In this document: positions 13,706-26,660 of the stretch, piece after piece
Layout of the letters: every line of letters begins with the position of its first letter
How positions within the stretch are numbered: the first letter of the stretch is position 1
NCBI RefSeq assembly: GCF_006345805.1
Contig: NC_042997.1
Coordinates: 1,612,001 to 1,676,000 of the forward strand
Reading direction: 5' to 3'
DNA from: Octopus sinensis
Lineage: Eukaryota
DNA: 64,000 nt
Translations under genes and position numbers: made by a program
The notes under the pieces: generated by a model
The model's input: the letters and a program-made list of their open reading frames with translations, nothing else
The model's database searches: none
What the model was told of the DNA's origin: nothing

Positions 13706-14083
13706 GTCTCTGTCTCACTTTTGCCATGACTTGTTCTGCCTCTATTTATTTCTGTTTCACGCAACATCATCCTGGTCTTTCTCACTCTACAACTTCTCTC
13801 TGTTCTTCATCCAGTCGAACACCTTCATACTATGTCTTTCTCTCGCACTCCTGCCCACCAGCGCAATCTCCACCATGCAACACTCCATTCGACCATCTTC
13901 TCTGCGAAAATGACCAACAAATCTCAACTGTCTCTCTCTGATAGTATCCATCAACTGCCTCCTCACTTTCATCTATTTCCACACTTTCACATTTGTCACC
14001 CTCTGTACCCACGAGATTCTAAGTATTTTTCAATAAATCTACATTTCTGCAGCTTTGAGTCTCTTCTCTATAACTTTGCTTAT
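13706..14083 (-). mobile_element. RTE-clade LINE 3' fragment
   Basis: Translation LKAAEM..ILRISWVQRVTN..RQLMDTIRERQLRFVGH..GRSARER is typical of the RTE RT C-terminus. Confidence 0.85.
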
Positions 14084-14086
14084 ATA

Positions 14087-14350
14087 TAGGGTCGCCGTTT
14101 CGATACACAGAACGTGCGTTGTGAGTGTCTATTGAGCGAAAACACCTAAAACTCCACGACGCTCCAGCAAGGGGTAGTGACAATCCCTATTGTACTCTTT
14201 TACCACAAATTTCTCTCTCTCTTTCTTCTGTTGACCTGCTCGCTTAGCCAGCGGGGTAGCGTCATTTAAAATCAAAAACAATGCGAAGCGCATGATGACC
14301 AGAGATTTGTGTAGCAACATCTGATAGCCTAGTCGGTCATGGTGATCATG
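14087..14350 (+). mobile_element. tRNA-derived SINE
   Basis: Head gcgttgtgagtgtctattgagcgaaaacacctaaaactccacg is shared with the SINE at 43310-43671; tail aaaacaatgcgaagcgcat..caacatctgatag is shared with the SINE at 24488. Confidence 0.75.
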
Positions 14351-14754
14351 TTGATATATATACATATATATACATATCTAATGTAGGATAACATTTTTTC
14401 GAAAGAAAATTCTTTTCGAAAAAGATTTTTATCAATGGCCAGCATATGAAAAAATACCTTGAAAGGTTAAATCTATAGATAATTCATAAATAAGGGCAAA
14501 CGAAAAAAAATTCAATTGCCAAATATGCCGAAAAACTGGACCTGTTGTCCATTAACCATATAATTTTTCCACAATACGCACGCTACTCGAAAAAAGGTCG
14601 ACAGAAATTTCTAAAAAAATCCATTATTACCATATCGGACCGATTTCAGGTTTAGCTTATAACAGCCCTACCTTCGTCAGTGATACATGTGGCAAAAGAA
14701 ATAAATGAGATACTTACTCATACTCGTTTGCCCTTATTTATGAAAAGCATATAT

Positions 14755-14802
<48 letters not shown>

Positions 14803-14804
14803 AT

Positions 14805-14857
<53 letters not shown>

Positions 14858-16448
14858 GAGTGTGAGAGAGTGAGAGAGAGGGAGGAGATAGATATAGTTA
14901 TACAGAAAAAAGAGAGCGTGGGAGAGGAGAAGAGAGGGAAGAGAGTCTCTACGGTTTATTGCTTTTTAAACCCAGACTCTCAGAAAATTTTTCGTGTCCT
15001 TCGCGTGACTTTTGTATTATGAATATCGTTTAATTAGGCCCCGAAGGAATTTAAAAATTAATATAAAAATACTGAACACTCTGTAAACTTCGATTTTCCT
15101 TTAGGATAAGGGAATCATTTAAATTTTCATAGATTTACAACGATTATGTGTTATTGTATTTTAAAGCCTAAGGAAAAGAAGTGTTTTTTAATGGTATTGC
15201 TAAGCTGGCTATCCAATTATAACTGATAAGTAGAAATCGAAGAAACTATATATCAGGATATAGTCTGTTATTAAATTGTTGAGAAGGGATCTATCGATAA
15301 AATGCTTAATTTAATAAAGAAATAATTTAATTGAGAAGCAGCTGTTGAAGGATATGTTAACAATAGACACTGTTCACAATTTGCACTATCTGACATTCAA
15401 CGTTTTGTATTAAGTAATTCCCTTATAAACCTCCAATTCCAGTTAAATGAATAGCATTCTCAACCTTCATTGTAAATGAAATGAATTGATTATAGCTCCT
15501 AATACAGACGACTGAACTACAAATATTATTAACCTGAGTACAAAATACTATTAAATAAGTATAACATATGAAGATTTTACTGTCAGCTATAAGGCTGATG
15601 TTAAATACCGAAGGTCATTAAACAATATGTGTGTCCGCTGTGGTACTGGTGTATGGTTTAAAAGTAAATATTAATATTAAATAAATGACCTAAATAACTC
15701 AAACATAGAGTTGGAAGCAACTGAAAGTATACCAAACAATCACGGCTATTTGATAGTGATATATACACTTAAGTGTATATAATACAATCAGTCAGGGAGC
15801 TTGAGAATATTGAGTGTCCCAATATGTGCCCACTTTCTCGTCCAGCAGTGCCATAGGCCAACTCTAAAATGTTCACTCGAGATAAAACCTAAAATCGAAA
15901 AAGTAAAAAGGCACTGGAAATTATATTCAATACTTATGTCACATTTAATCTAGAAAATATGTTAAAAAAAGAGAAAAATCTCAGTCAAACTTTATGAGAT
16001 CTGGGTAAATTAATACAATAAAAATTAGAGTGTTATACTATAGAAATAAAACAGCATAATTTTACTATTTAACTGGCAGACGCACTAAGTTCTTGACAAT
16101 TCGTGCGCTAAGTATACCTAAGAAAATCACACCATTTTCCACTACTGAGGGTATACCCAACTACATTAAATTATCTGACATCATCCAACGGCCTTGTTCT
16201 AAATGTATCCCATCTATTTTCGGAGTTACCTTACCTGTTCTCTTTTTAATTTCGTGTTATTAATGTGATTAATAAATATGAAAGCTGTTGAAAGTGTGTG
16301 TTATACATCCAGATTTGCGTAGTGTATAACGATCCAATTTATAAAATATTTCTGTCAAAATAAGGCTCTTGAATAAATTGGATTTTTTAGTTTGTATTTT
16401 CTAAATTATATTTGATACGCTCGTAACTCTTGATCTTTCTTGGAAAGG

Positions 16449-16497
16449 GATTGATTGATTGATTGATTCCAGTTTCAGCTCATGAGCTGTGGCCATA
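16449..16497 (-). mobile_element. Short SINE 3' tail with (ATCA)n repeat
   Basis: Minus strand atggccacagctcatgagctgaaactggaatcaatcaatc. Confidence 0.5.
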
Positions 16498-17974
16498 TCA
16501 CAAACTTTTGAAAATTTTGAATAAATACGAAATATTATAGAGAAATTATGCATTTGAGAATAATTTGGTAAATATGCTATCGTTACTGCTGCTGATGATA
16601 CTGAAAATGATTATTCCCACGTTACTGAAAATGGTTATGATGACGATTTTTATATAATGTAAAATCAGCAAGACTTTATGTAATTATTAGCGAATAAGTG
16701 AGAGATATGGCCGAAATTAAAACCATAAACATATCTCAGATATCTTAGCAGCGTTTTGTAATAACAATAGAATTTACTTCACTACACTCCCTATATCCTT
16801 ATACTATCTGCATTGCGTGGGAAGAAAAACAACCATAAAGATTAGCTAGAACTGCATGGAAACACTCATCAAATGTATAGCAACTATACGGTTAGATGTT
16901 TATTCATATACCTTAGATTATTCACGAGGCAGACAGCGATATGTGGATTTCATTCCCTTATAAAGTTATTCGAACGAAAATATGTTTTGTCAGATTAAGA
17001 AAACACGATATTTGGTATTAAATATGTGAAAGATATTGTTAAGCTAACTTTACATTATATATGATATATTTCAAGATAACCATGGCTTTAACGAGAAGCC
17101 TATAACTTGTCATATAATGTATGTTTTGAAATTCACTCTCTCGTGAGCCGATCATTCAGTGTATGAAATATAAAAAAATATATATGTATAATCATAGAAA
17201 ATTTCCCTACCAAGAGATTTTGATAAATGATTCCTTTCCATTCATTTGCAAGTCATGAGGGCCTGATTGCAGTGAACCTACACATTTTGTCTTGACCTGT
17301 AAACAATAAATTACTATGTCAGTGACAACATACAAAAGGTTTTTCTGCTATTTCCTGATTTCCATCAATGTAAATTTTTTTATATCTAAATATCTTTGTT
17401 TACTCTCTCTCACATACACAATCATAGATACACACATACACGAGCGCATGCACATAGATATGCATGTATGTTGAGAAGTATGTCTGTGTGCATGAGTGTA
17501 TATATGTATATCAAAATATACAAGGAAATACATTAATTCTGAAAAATAAATTTACACGGTAGAGGAGAATGTAACTCCAGAAATGAGTTAAAACGATGTT
17601 TGTGTCAACCTATTAGAGTTATGCAAATATATGCTATATACCCGCATTGTCTTCATAAGTAGAATTGTGTGTGCGTTGGTGTGTTTATGTATATGTACAC
17701 GCGTATGTGAGTATTTATATAGATATGTATACATACATGTGTATGTGTGCGTAGATGTATGTATGTGTATAAGTGTGCATATGAGGATTCTAAGAATGAA
17801 GTATTGCTTTCACCATGCCTATTGGTGTAATTTCCCTTTATTCAAGTTTTTTTTTATTTTCATACCGTTTTGTCTTAATACCTGATGAGATGCCGGAGCA
17901 AACTTCAGCCCCGATATCCAAAACACTGTGTTTTATTATGACAACCAACTAATTGTCACGTATTATATTTTTAG

Positions 17975-18019
<45 letters not shown>

Positions 18020-18038
18020 TATATATATATATATATAT

Positions 18039-18256
18039 AAAGTGAATCCAATCAAGAAAGCACAAAAAAACACAACAATGCGAGGACATAGAAAAAATAT
18101 AGTATTATTGGACGCTCAGGAAAGAAGGAAAGAAGGAGGATTTAACGTTTCGAGCGGAGCTCTTCGTCGGAAACATAGGAGAAGGAAAGATCCATAGAAA
18201 TGAAGACTGAGGAAAAAATCGCCAACGTTACACACGCGGTCACATTTTGAATGCAA
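18039..18256 (-). mobile_element. (TA)n-flanked non-autonomous HHR-bearing element (PLE pseudo-LTR / retrozyme-like)
   Basis: 218-bp unit between two (TA)n arrays; contains an HHR; its 3' half recurs at 32078-32173. Confidence 0.75.
18140..18174 (-). ncRNA. Minimal type-I hammerhead ribozyme (U4C core variant)
   Basis: Minus strand GTTT|CCGACGA|A|GAGC-TCC-GCTC|GAAA|CG|TT^AAAT: perfect 4-bp stem II, palindromic AACGTT helix III, stem I GTTT/AAAT. The core differs from CUGANGA at U4. Confidence 0.7.
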
Positions 18257-19887
18257 TATATATATATATATAATTATAAATAAGGACAAAAACGAAAAGA
18301 TTTCTTTGCCTGTATGCTGCAAAATAGATGCTAAATCGTCTAACCATATAAAATATTTTCACTTATATTATTACACTACGTGTCGAATTGAGGAAAGCCA
18401 GCGAACAGAAATTCATAAAAATATATTTATCCACAAATCGGTTCCGATTTCTGTATTAATCCAAAAGTATTCTTCCTTTATCAGCACGGAACTCAAAATG
18501 AAAATAAATCAAATCCTTAGACACATCCACGGAAAAGCAGACGCAAAGTCATGAATATATTTAAGTACCCCAGATATAGCCAAATTGAAATTCCGTAGCA
18601 AGGAAACGCACGCGAAGTGAATGAGAATTAATTTACTTCTAATATAAGGATAAAATTTTACTTAAAAAAATTATCAGTGGCCAGCATATGAAAAATACAT
18701 TTTAAGGTGAAAATTATAAATACAACTATAAATAAGGGCAAAAAGAAGAAAAAAAACTTGTATATTTTCTTGATCAGTTGCAACGTCCTATCGAACTTTG
18801 AGAGCGGAAACCTTTGAATATTCTTGAGCTTCGTAAGTTACATGACTATCAACTAGATTAAAGAAGATCAGTTTCAGACAGTCAGGTGCAAGGCAAACAG
18901 GTGCCAAACACCATGCAATTTGCTTTGTTTACTCGATATTTCATATGTATTATTGTGCTCTACACACCTACTCTTAAACGGTTTGTTACTCTATGTGAAC
19001 ACGGTAAGGTAATCTACAGCTGCAATAAATCGCAATAGCTCGTTAATTCTGCAATCAAACTTAATCATATATCAAGCTGGAGTCAGTCATATATTTTCCC
19101 CTATGTTATGTGCAAATTATGATGTGCATTTTCTGATAATTATTAGTTTTATAAGACGTGAAATAATAACATTGTATCAAGACTCCAACATTTCTCGTCA
19201 GTTTTATTAATTTGGCAATCAAACTAATCAATCCTGTATTGACTTTCTTCTTCCGTCTCTCTACAACACCAGCTTCGTAATTTTTTTGGCGCTAATATTT
19301 TCAATTACTTTCTGTATTTTAATCTCTGGCTTCCAGGTTCTCGCCTCTAAGAAGCGCTTGGTTCAAGTCTTTATAATACGTGCGATAATGTGAGATCACC
19401 ATTAGAATTGTGATAAATAATGAGAATAAAATTCCAGATACAGTGTGTTTACTGTTGAATATAAAGCTTCCCTTCAACCATCACCTTGCAACGTCACTTT
19501 ATATTTACGCGATATATAGTTTAAGATTTGAGGAAATGAATATTCCAATAAATTTGATGAATTGCATTGGCAGTAACTTGCTCCGAAAAATTTCTGTCAA
19601 CGACTGTAACATATATCGATTTAAAGTATTTGATGAACCTTATGATACTTTTAAAGTTTCTGTCACATTGAATTCAAACACAGACAAAGTTTTCTTTTAC
19701 CGTAAATGCATGAAACGTTACTTTGTAATTATGTAAAATCTAACCGATTGCGTTGTTAGATTGATGTATATTATCAGCGAACGCATGTCCGCTTTTCTTT
19801 GAGCTAAACGGCATTCAGAAACGCTTGAATTTCTCAGAGTCAGATACGTGGGCCACAGTTTATTTTTGGAAAGTCTAATGTACATAC

Positions 19888-20004
19888 CTGGTAAAATTGT
19901 TTCCAAACATCAAAACAGAACCAGGAAAATTTTGCGTTAAAATATATTTTTTCATTATTGGCATTGACGTAACATAGTCAATAGGATACTCGACTTGATT
20001 TTCC
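19888..20004 (-). CDS. Candidate internal coding exon of an unidentified host gene
   Basis: 117-nt phase 2-2 open segment (ENQVEYPIDYVTSMPIMKKYILTQNFPGSVLMFGNNFT) between a T-rich tract ending in AAG and a strong CAG|GTATGT donor. No recognisable homology. Confidence 0.3.
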
Positions 20005-21759
20005 CTTCATATAATAAACAATAAACAAAACTTTGATCTAATATCTGCTATCAAATATCAAAACTTCGATCAAATATCTGATCAAAGTCATTAGATTACA
20101 GCTAAATCAGCTCACTGAATTCTATGTAAGGTACGTTCATATTGTCGTGCTCATTTCACGTAAATGTAGATCCAAGTATTTGTCTAATATCGATTGCTTA
20201 GCAACATTGTGTAGTACGGGTTTGACGTGGATTTGAATGATTGCTCTCTACCTTAAACTTATATAGTATCGGCATTGTTTCTACTCAGACAAGCATTAAT
20301 TTTTGAATCCCGTGGAAAGCATCCTACAAGCCACCACAGTTATACTTGGAAATATCAAAACCAGAGGCTCAAAAATTATAATGATCAATTTGCGATTATA
20401 GGACTGCCTATGAGCATGATATGTTAGAACATTATCAAGTGTCAGATTGGTTTCATTATCAGGGTAACTGGCAATAAGAGGAAAATGTACTGAAGAGCCA
20501 AAACTGCTACACTTAAGTTTAAATGATCGGAAATTTCCATTCCAGCATTAGAAACCAATGAACCCGCTTTCATTAACAATTTCGATAAAGCTTCAGTACT
20601 GTTCATATGGTTCATTACATCAACATAGCGTCTCTTTCTGCCATCATCAGATTTTGTCTCCCACACTGTACACCTCTTTGCATTTCAAATCCACAACCAA
20701 CTTCATCATACAATACAGATTCATCGTTATATTCAGCTGCTGTGTCGTCTAATATTGTATTGCCAAGATTATATTTTTCAGTAAACCACATGTGATTTTC
20801 CAAACAAAAAAAAGAAAATATACAAACTCTCCCTAAAAAAACAAGCAAAAACAACAACAAACAGCAATGAGGTTCCCACGTAAACATATATTACTCTCAC
20901 ATTTATAGTTTTATAATTTCATACTACTACGTTTTAAAATTCCTATAACGAGATCTTGTAAAATCATATTCCATTAACCGTTACTTTCTATTTATCAATT
21001 TTAACTCCACAACTTTAGAATTTCTTCTGTTTTTCTTTCAGCTGCATTTTCATTACCGAATCTAAATAACTATATGCTCCTTAATACAAACGTATGAGGG
21101 CACCGACGTTTGAATGGGAGTGCGTATCCACCTGTGCGCGAGGTTGCGTGTGAGACTGCATATTTGCAAAATAATTGTTTTCACACATATGCGCATATTT
21201 TTTTACATTGATATGCATATGCTTCCATTGTGTTACGTTCTCATTTTCACATAAAAGGAAATTATAAGTTTGTAATTCCACAAAGGAGACAATCTGTTTA
21301 CCAGTTTTTAACGTCAACATCTTTGCATTATTTTTACGAACTCTGTTAGCATTATTGATTTTGTACATTTCTACGCCTCTTTACAAATACGTGACGAGTG
21401 TGTATGTGCGTATACATCTGTAGGTGTGTGTGTTAGAGTTTTCGTCTATATGCGTGTGAAAGAGAGTATGCATCGTTATATATCATTAGTAATTGTTACC
21501 ATTTTTCAAATGTTGGATGCCTTCCATTCTTGGGTTAAAATACTCCTTGGACTGAACAGGCTCCAGTAAGCTCCACCGCAATGCTACACATGTTATACAC
21601 CATAATTATGTTTAATCTTTTGCATTTTACAATTATAGGTGATGCTTCAAAGTCGCACGGAGGAAATGTTTTCTTTTATGATATCCGAATCATTAAACAC
21701 TATCTCATAATTCTAAGACTGCTCCTGTTGCGTTGGGTTTCCTTTATAGAAACTTTAAA

Positions 21760-22600
21760 AATCTGAGTTCGGTACTTCCTAAGGTGGAGCTTTATTGAAG
21801 TGTCCGTGTTGCATTTGCTACTTTATTTTGTGTAGTTCCTTAGTAGTGCTCCCTCACTAGGATGGTCCACATTAACTGAATATTACTTCCTATACTACAC
21901 AGGCTCTTGAGCATGTTTTGGTGTCGTTCCTGGGGCGGTTGGTGGGTGAGTTCCCCTCGGTACGTTTTGTGGAATTTTCCTTCGATAGAAATTTCATCGG
22001 GGATGGAGTGGTCTATACCAGCTGTATGTTTAGTCCCTCCTTTCGGATGGTATGTTGAATTGCTGCAGTTGTCTTGTCGTCGAAGCAGGGCTGTTTAAAG
22101 AAGCACTTTTCCGACTTGGTGTTTTGGGTTTACTTATGCTGTTCATCCACTTCTGTGTTTTGCGGATGCAGTCGTTTGGATGGAGATCACGGATAGCTAT
22201 TGTTCTTTAAGTTTCTGAGGAACTGCTTGGTGTTGCTCACTTTGTCGGTTACTTCGCTACATCTGTCTCTTATACGTGTGATTACATTCTGCATAAATGA
22301 GGGTTTGGCTCTATTGGGCAGGGCTGATTCGTAATTTACCAATAGATTCCTACTGGCTGCTCTGCTATAAAAATTCCTGTAGATGTAACCCTCCTCTTTG
22401 ATCTTGTTTTGGAAATCTAGCAGTGAGAGGCTTCGAGACCGGTCCGGGTGATCGATGTCAAATTTTATGTGGTAGACGATGTTGTTGAAAAGTTGGTGTG
22501 TGGGCGGTCGCTTCTTCCTGCCGTGCATTCGAGGTGATCCATGTAGGAGATGGCCAGAAGACCTGTCAGTTTAGATTCCATCGATAGACATGTCACATGT
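21760..22600 (-). mobile_element. Degenerate PLE (Poseidon/Neptune-type) RT thumb plus eroded endonuclease
   Basis: SMESKLTGLLAISYMDHLE (cf. AMG..LA..YM), then ORF 22187-22528 HIKFDIDHP..LSLLDF..FYSRAA..NLLVNYESALP..RIRDRCS..NNSYP, a typical PLE thumb region. Confidence 0.8.
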
Positions 22601-22914
22601 TTATATAACACTCTCATTGTATTGGAAGTAGGTGTTGCCTACTATATCGAATCTCGTATAAAGAAATTGAGACCAGCCATGAACAACAACAACAAACTAC
22701 ACGAAGCAGGTTGGTTGTTATAGCAAAACCACCGCGCATAGCACCTCCATCATTCATCCCCTGCCTCCCCCACTCATCCGAACAACGACCCTTTCCAACT
22801 ACCTCTTTTTCCAAATGTCCTGAAGTGGGTGTCTTCACCCCAAAATATAGAAGTACATGGTAAAAGTGGAAATATGTTCTGTTTTCTGTGCTGTTGGAGT
22901 TTACTTTCTAACTT

Positions 22915-22985
22915 CTCGCATTGTTTCGAGCTTACACAACAAACTCCTTTAAAGTTATACCGCACAGTGCTTCATCAAAAGTATC
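22915..22985 (-). ncRNA. Degenerate HHR-like motif upstream of the 21.8-22.6 kb PLE
   Basis: Minus strand TTGATGA-AGC...GCTC-GAAA-CAATG; C3 mutated and no canonical UH; next to a (TA)n array. Confidence 0.3.
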
Positions 22986-23015
22986 TCATATAGTATATAG
23001 TATATAAATAAATAA

Positions 23016-23065
<50 letters not shown>

Positions 23066-23069
23066 CATC

Positions 23070-24330
23070 ATCGGTGTATCATATATCCGAAAAAGAATTA
23101 CAGTCTAAAGGATAGAGCGGTAACGGATTTACATGCAGTTAAATATATTTCCGGCCATAGTGTAACTAATGGTCTCACATTCATAACGACTTTAGTTTTA
23201 TAGACGACTCGTCAAAGCCTAATAGCGGCGAACATGTAACATCTCTTCAAAGTGGAGGTAGAAAACCGTTATGGCCAGTTAATTTGTAAACAAGGGATTA
23301 TATACTATATTTGAGCTATTACCTAGATGAATTATTACCCTTAGACCAGTCCGATTAGCATATTTTATTAACCTAAAGGACGAATAGGTCACCTCCACTC
23401 TTTTGCTGTTTCCAATCTGCAATAATCTTTTTCCAGATCTAATCAATAAATGAGGAATCCCACGCTTACAGCAGGTAGCGTTTAAAATGTTAGTGAGGGC
23501 TATTGATCTCCTGTCTTGAATTTAAAAGAGAAAATCGTATCTCTCGAGTTGTTTAGGATTCTTACCTGTTCTATTATGGAAATCTTGCATCGACAACTTC
23601 CGTTAATATAGAACGCCGGCTGCCCTACTATCCTCAATTTAATTTCGTATGTTGTCTCTTCAACCTTAAGGAGTCACTCGGCTGGCCTAGGACATGACGT
23701 AACGTCTTTCCGGAAACCTAACATAGGAGCTATGGGTGTAACTGGCACTGCTTTTAGGGCAGTTCCGGCAATATTTCCGAATTTCAATGCCGGTTGTGTT
23801 CACGTCTCTGGTGTATCTTCTGTTGGCAACGCACCTGGAGTTGTTGTTGCTGCTGCTGTTGTTGCAGTTGTCATCGGTGATGTTATGACGGAGCGTGGGT
23901 CTAGCCATTGCAGTAATTAGTTATCCCCGACCATAATGCTGGTTTTCCTGCTGCCGTTGCTGCTATAGCTGATGCCGCTACTAATACTAGGCGTGGGACT
24001 GGTAGCTTCACTGGTGCTGCTGGCGCTGGCGTGGTCACCTCCGGCCGTAGCACTGGTATTGATGCTGCGATTGTGTCTGGTAGTACTTGTGTTTCTGAAG
24101 CTTAATGCGTTGCCGTTGCTGCTGCCTCTAGAATTGCCATCGTTGTCGCCGATTTTGTTGGATGAGTCAACTCCTATTACGCCGATTGCTAGGGCTGGAT
24201 ACCACTACAGCCTCATATACGACTGCTTGAGCTTCGCAGTACCCCATCTGCACTGTGCAGCCATTGTACTTCCAGTATGGACAACTCGTCTCTATTCGCT
24301 TTTTATGACTGTTTGTCAATACTCTTTTCA
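23070..24330 (-). mobile_element. Possible degenerate non-LTR retrotransposon ORF1 (Ala/Thr/Pro-rich N-terminus, eroded Zn knuckle)
   Basis: GC-richer block whose minus strand reads as an A/T/P-rich peptide (TIAASIPVLRPEVTTPAPAAP..TTAAATTTPGA) with stops, followed by VRPL..C-like remnants near 23130-23180. Confidence 0.4.
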
Positions 24331-24487
24331 TTTTATACGATTCACTTAGATGATTTGTGTTACAAATGTTCGTTTATATTATTATTGTCTTAACTTTTAT
24401 ACACTAACTTTTATAATTATTTACCCATTACCTTATATGTCATAATTTATTTGAGTATCTCATTATATTTCTATTTATTTAAATGAT

Positions 24488-24760
24488 GCGTGACCTTGTG
24501 GTTAAATTGTCGCACTCACAATCTAGTAGCGGTGGATTCGATTCCCAGACCGAGTGGCACATTTGTTTTCTTGAGCAACACATTTCGCTTCACGTCACAC
24601 CTGTCCACTCAGCTGTAAATGGTTAACCCTATGACGGATTAGCCTTCCCATCTCGGAAAACATTTGCATACTCGCCTAGGTGGCACGCTAACATCACTCA
24701 AAAGCTAAAACGATGCAAAACGCATTGCGGCCAGCGATGTAGTGAACAGACCATCTATAG
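24488..24760 (+). mobile_element. tRNA-derived CORE-type SINE
   Basis: tRNA-like head (gtggttaa..ggattcgattccc), CORE-like ttgagcaacac..gtccactcagctgtaaatgg..accctatgacggattagc. Confidence 0.75.
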
Positions 24761-25256
24761 GATAGATACTGCTTTATTTGTATTGCGATAACAGGACTTA
24801 TGCACATTGATGTGCTAAAAACACAATAAATATCAGAGATGAAAATTGTTCCTAATAACTGCCAGAGAAAATATGAATTTTCACCGTTTGGGGTATTTTC
24901 AGTGATGTGTACTCTCAGCGGTCATATGCTCGGAAGAGAACTCGTCGTGTGTAAAATAGAAAAAGCAAGTAAACAGAATTTTTAAAAAAAATGAGCATTT
25001 AATGATTGTGTGATTAGCCACATGATTGAATAAAAATCCGCTATATGCAATCAAAGCAGTATTTAATTAATATAGCCACCCATGCGTCATACTGATTGTG
25101 CAAAAACTGTAATAACATTTATGGACTTAATCTGTTAACAAAAATAAATATGATAACCAACTTTTGTCCCGCAGAGGCTAACGAAAACTCCAATGTATAT
25201 TCAGTAGATAGTGATAGCTAGTGTAATTACATACTGCTTAAATTGCATATATGTAT

Positions 25257-25329
<73 letters not shown>

Positions 25330-25725
25330 AAAATCAATGAATGGTGGGGTTGTAAAAAGGAAAAATTGTAAAAAGGCAGAATGCTAAATTGAAAGAAAAT
25401 TTTTCTGAAAATGGGTGTATGGAAACATTTAGAAAAATTGATAAAATATATATATATTTATTCCAACCGGTTTTCGTCATAATGTAAATTTTCAAGAATT
25501 GTAAACAAAATAAAAATTTTTAATGTGAGGAGGGGGAAAAAAAGAAAATTACATTGTTTATTGCAAAAAAATATATATATTATTTCTTTCTGTCGAAGAG
25601 CGTAGGTCCTATGTTTGAAATTTAAAGGACCTTTCTATCTTTTCCAAGCTTCAATATAATAGAGTTGCAAGTTTATCCCATCCCTGTCATCTTCTTCATT
25701 GGTTTCCATATATTATATATATATA

Positions 25726-26308
25726 TATATTATATTAAATTAGAGATAAAACCACTATTAGGCAAATCATACAATGAAAAACTTAAGGCAATACATAAGA
25801 TTAATTAATTTATATTATTTAAATATATATCAAAATTATTGAAAAAGATAATTAATATAACACTACGATCGTTTCGTGGCTGTCCAATTCTTTAAAATTT
25901 CGAGTTACAGTTTCCTACCTTATAAATTTACCTTATAAATTTACCTTAAAAATATAAGTTTCCTACCTTATAAATTAAAATTAATATTTAACATTATAGT
26001 CGATTTGGATATAATCATATTTGATAATAGAGTTTCTTATAAGTAAAATTATTATATTATATATATTATTTATATCTTAAAAATGTTGATTATATTTTAG
26101 ATATTTAAACCACCTGAAGAATGACTGTAACTCGAAATTTTAAGAATTGGACAGCCATGAAACGATCGTAGTGTTATATTAATTATCTGTTTTAATAATT
26201 TTGATATATATTTAAATAATATAAATTAATTAATTTTATGTATTGGCTTAAGTTTTTCATTGTATGATTTGCCTAATAGTGGTTTTATCTCTAATTTAAT
26301 ATAATATA
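25726..26308. repeat. Long inverted repeat (about 185-bp arms, 212-bp spacer), (TA)-flanked
   Basis: 25726-25911 is the reverse complement of 26124-26308 with few mismatches. Confidence 0.95.
26111..26173 (+). ncRNA. Minimal type-I hammerhead ribozyme
   Basis: CAC|CTGAAGA|ATGACTGT-(22 nt)-ACAGCCAT|GAAA|CGATCG|TA^GTG: canonical core, 7/8-bp stem II, palindromic ACGATCGT helix III. Confidence 0.75.
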
Positions 26309-26389
26309 ATATTTTACTATAAAATTGGATTCAATCCTAAATCTGATTTTTCCCTGTAAGTTTGGATTTATTCCCTAATATTTTATTAT

Positions 26390-26432
26390 ATATATATGTA
26401 TATATATACATATATATATATATATATGTATA

Positions 26433-26479
<47 letters not shown>

Positions 26480-26547
26480 ATACATATGTATATATATATA
26501 TATATATAATATATATATATATGTATATATATATATGTATATATATG

Positions 26548-26605
<58 letters not shown>

Positions 26606-26660
26606 CACGTTTGTATGTATATATATATATATATATGACTGTGTGTGTGTGTGATTGTGC
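26390..26660. repeat. Compound (TA)n/(TG)n microsatellite
   Basis: Seen directly. Confidence 0.97.

Noticed and set aside
17870-17930. Hammerhead-like CTGATGA...CAAAAC motif
   Set aside because: GAAA is mutated and stem II pairs poorly; counted only as a possible dead remnant.
23972-24349. Hydrophobic 125-aa ORF resembling a signal peptide or membrane protein
   Set aside because: Antisense shadow of the Ala/Thr/Pro-rich minus-strand frame, and its start codon is non-ATG.
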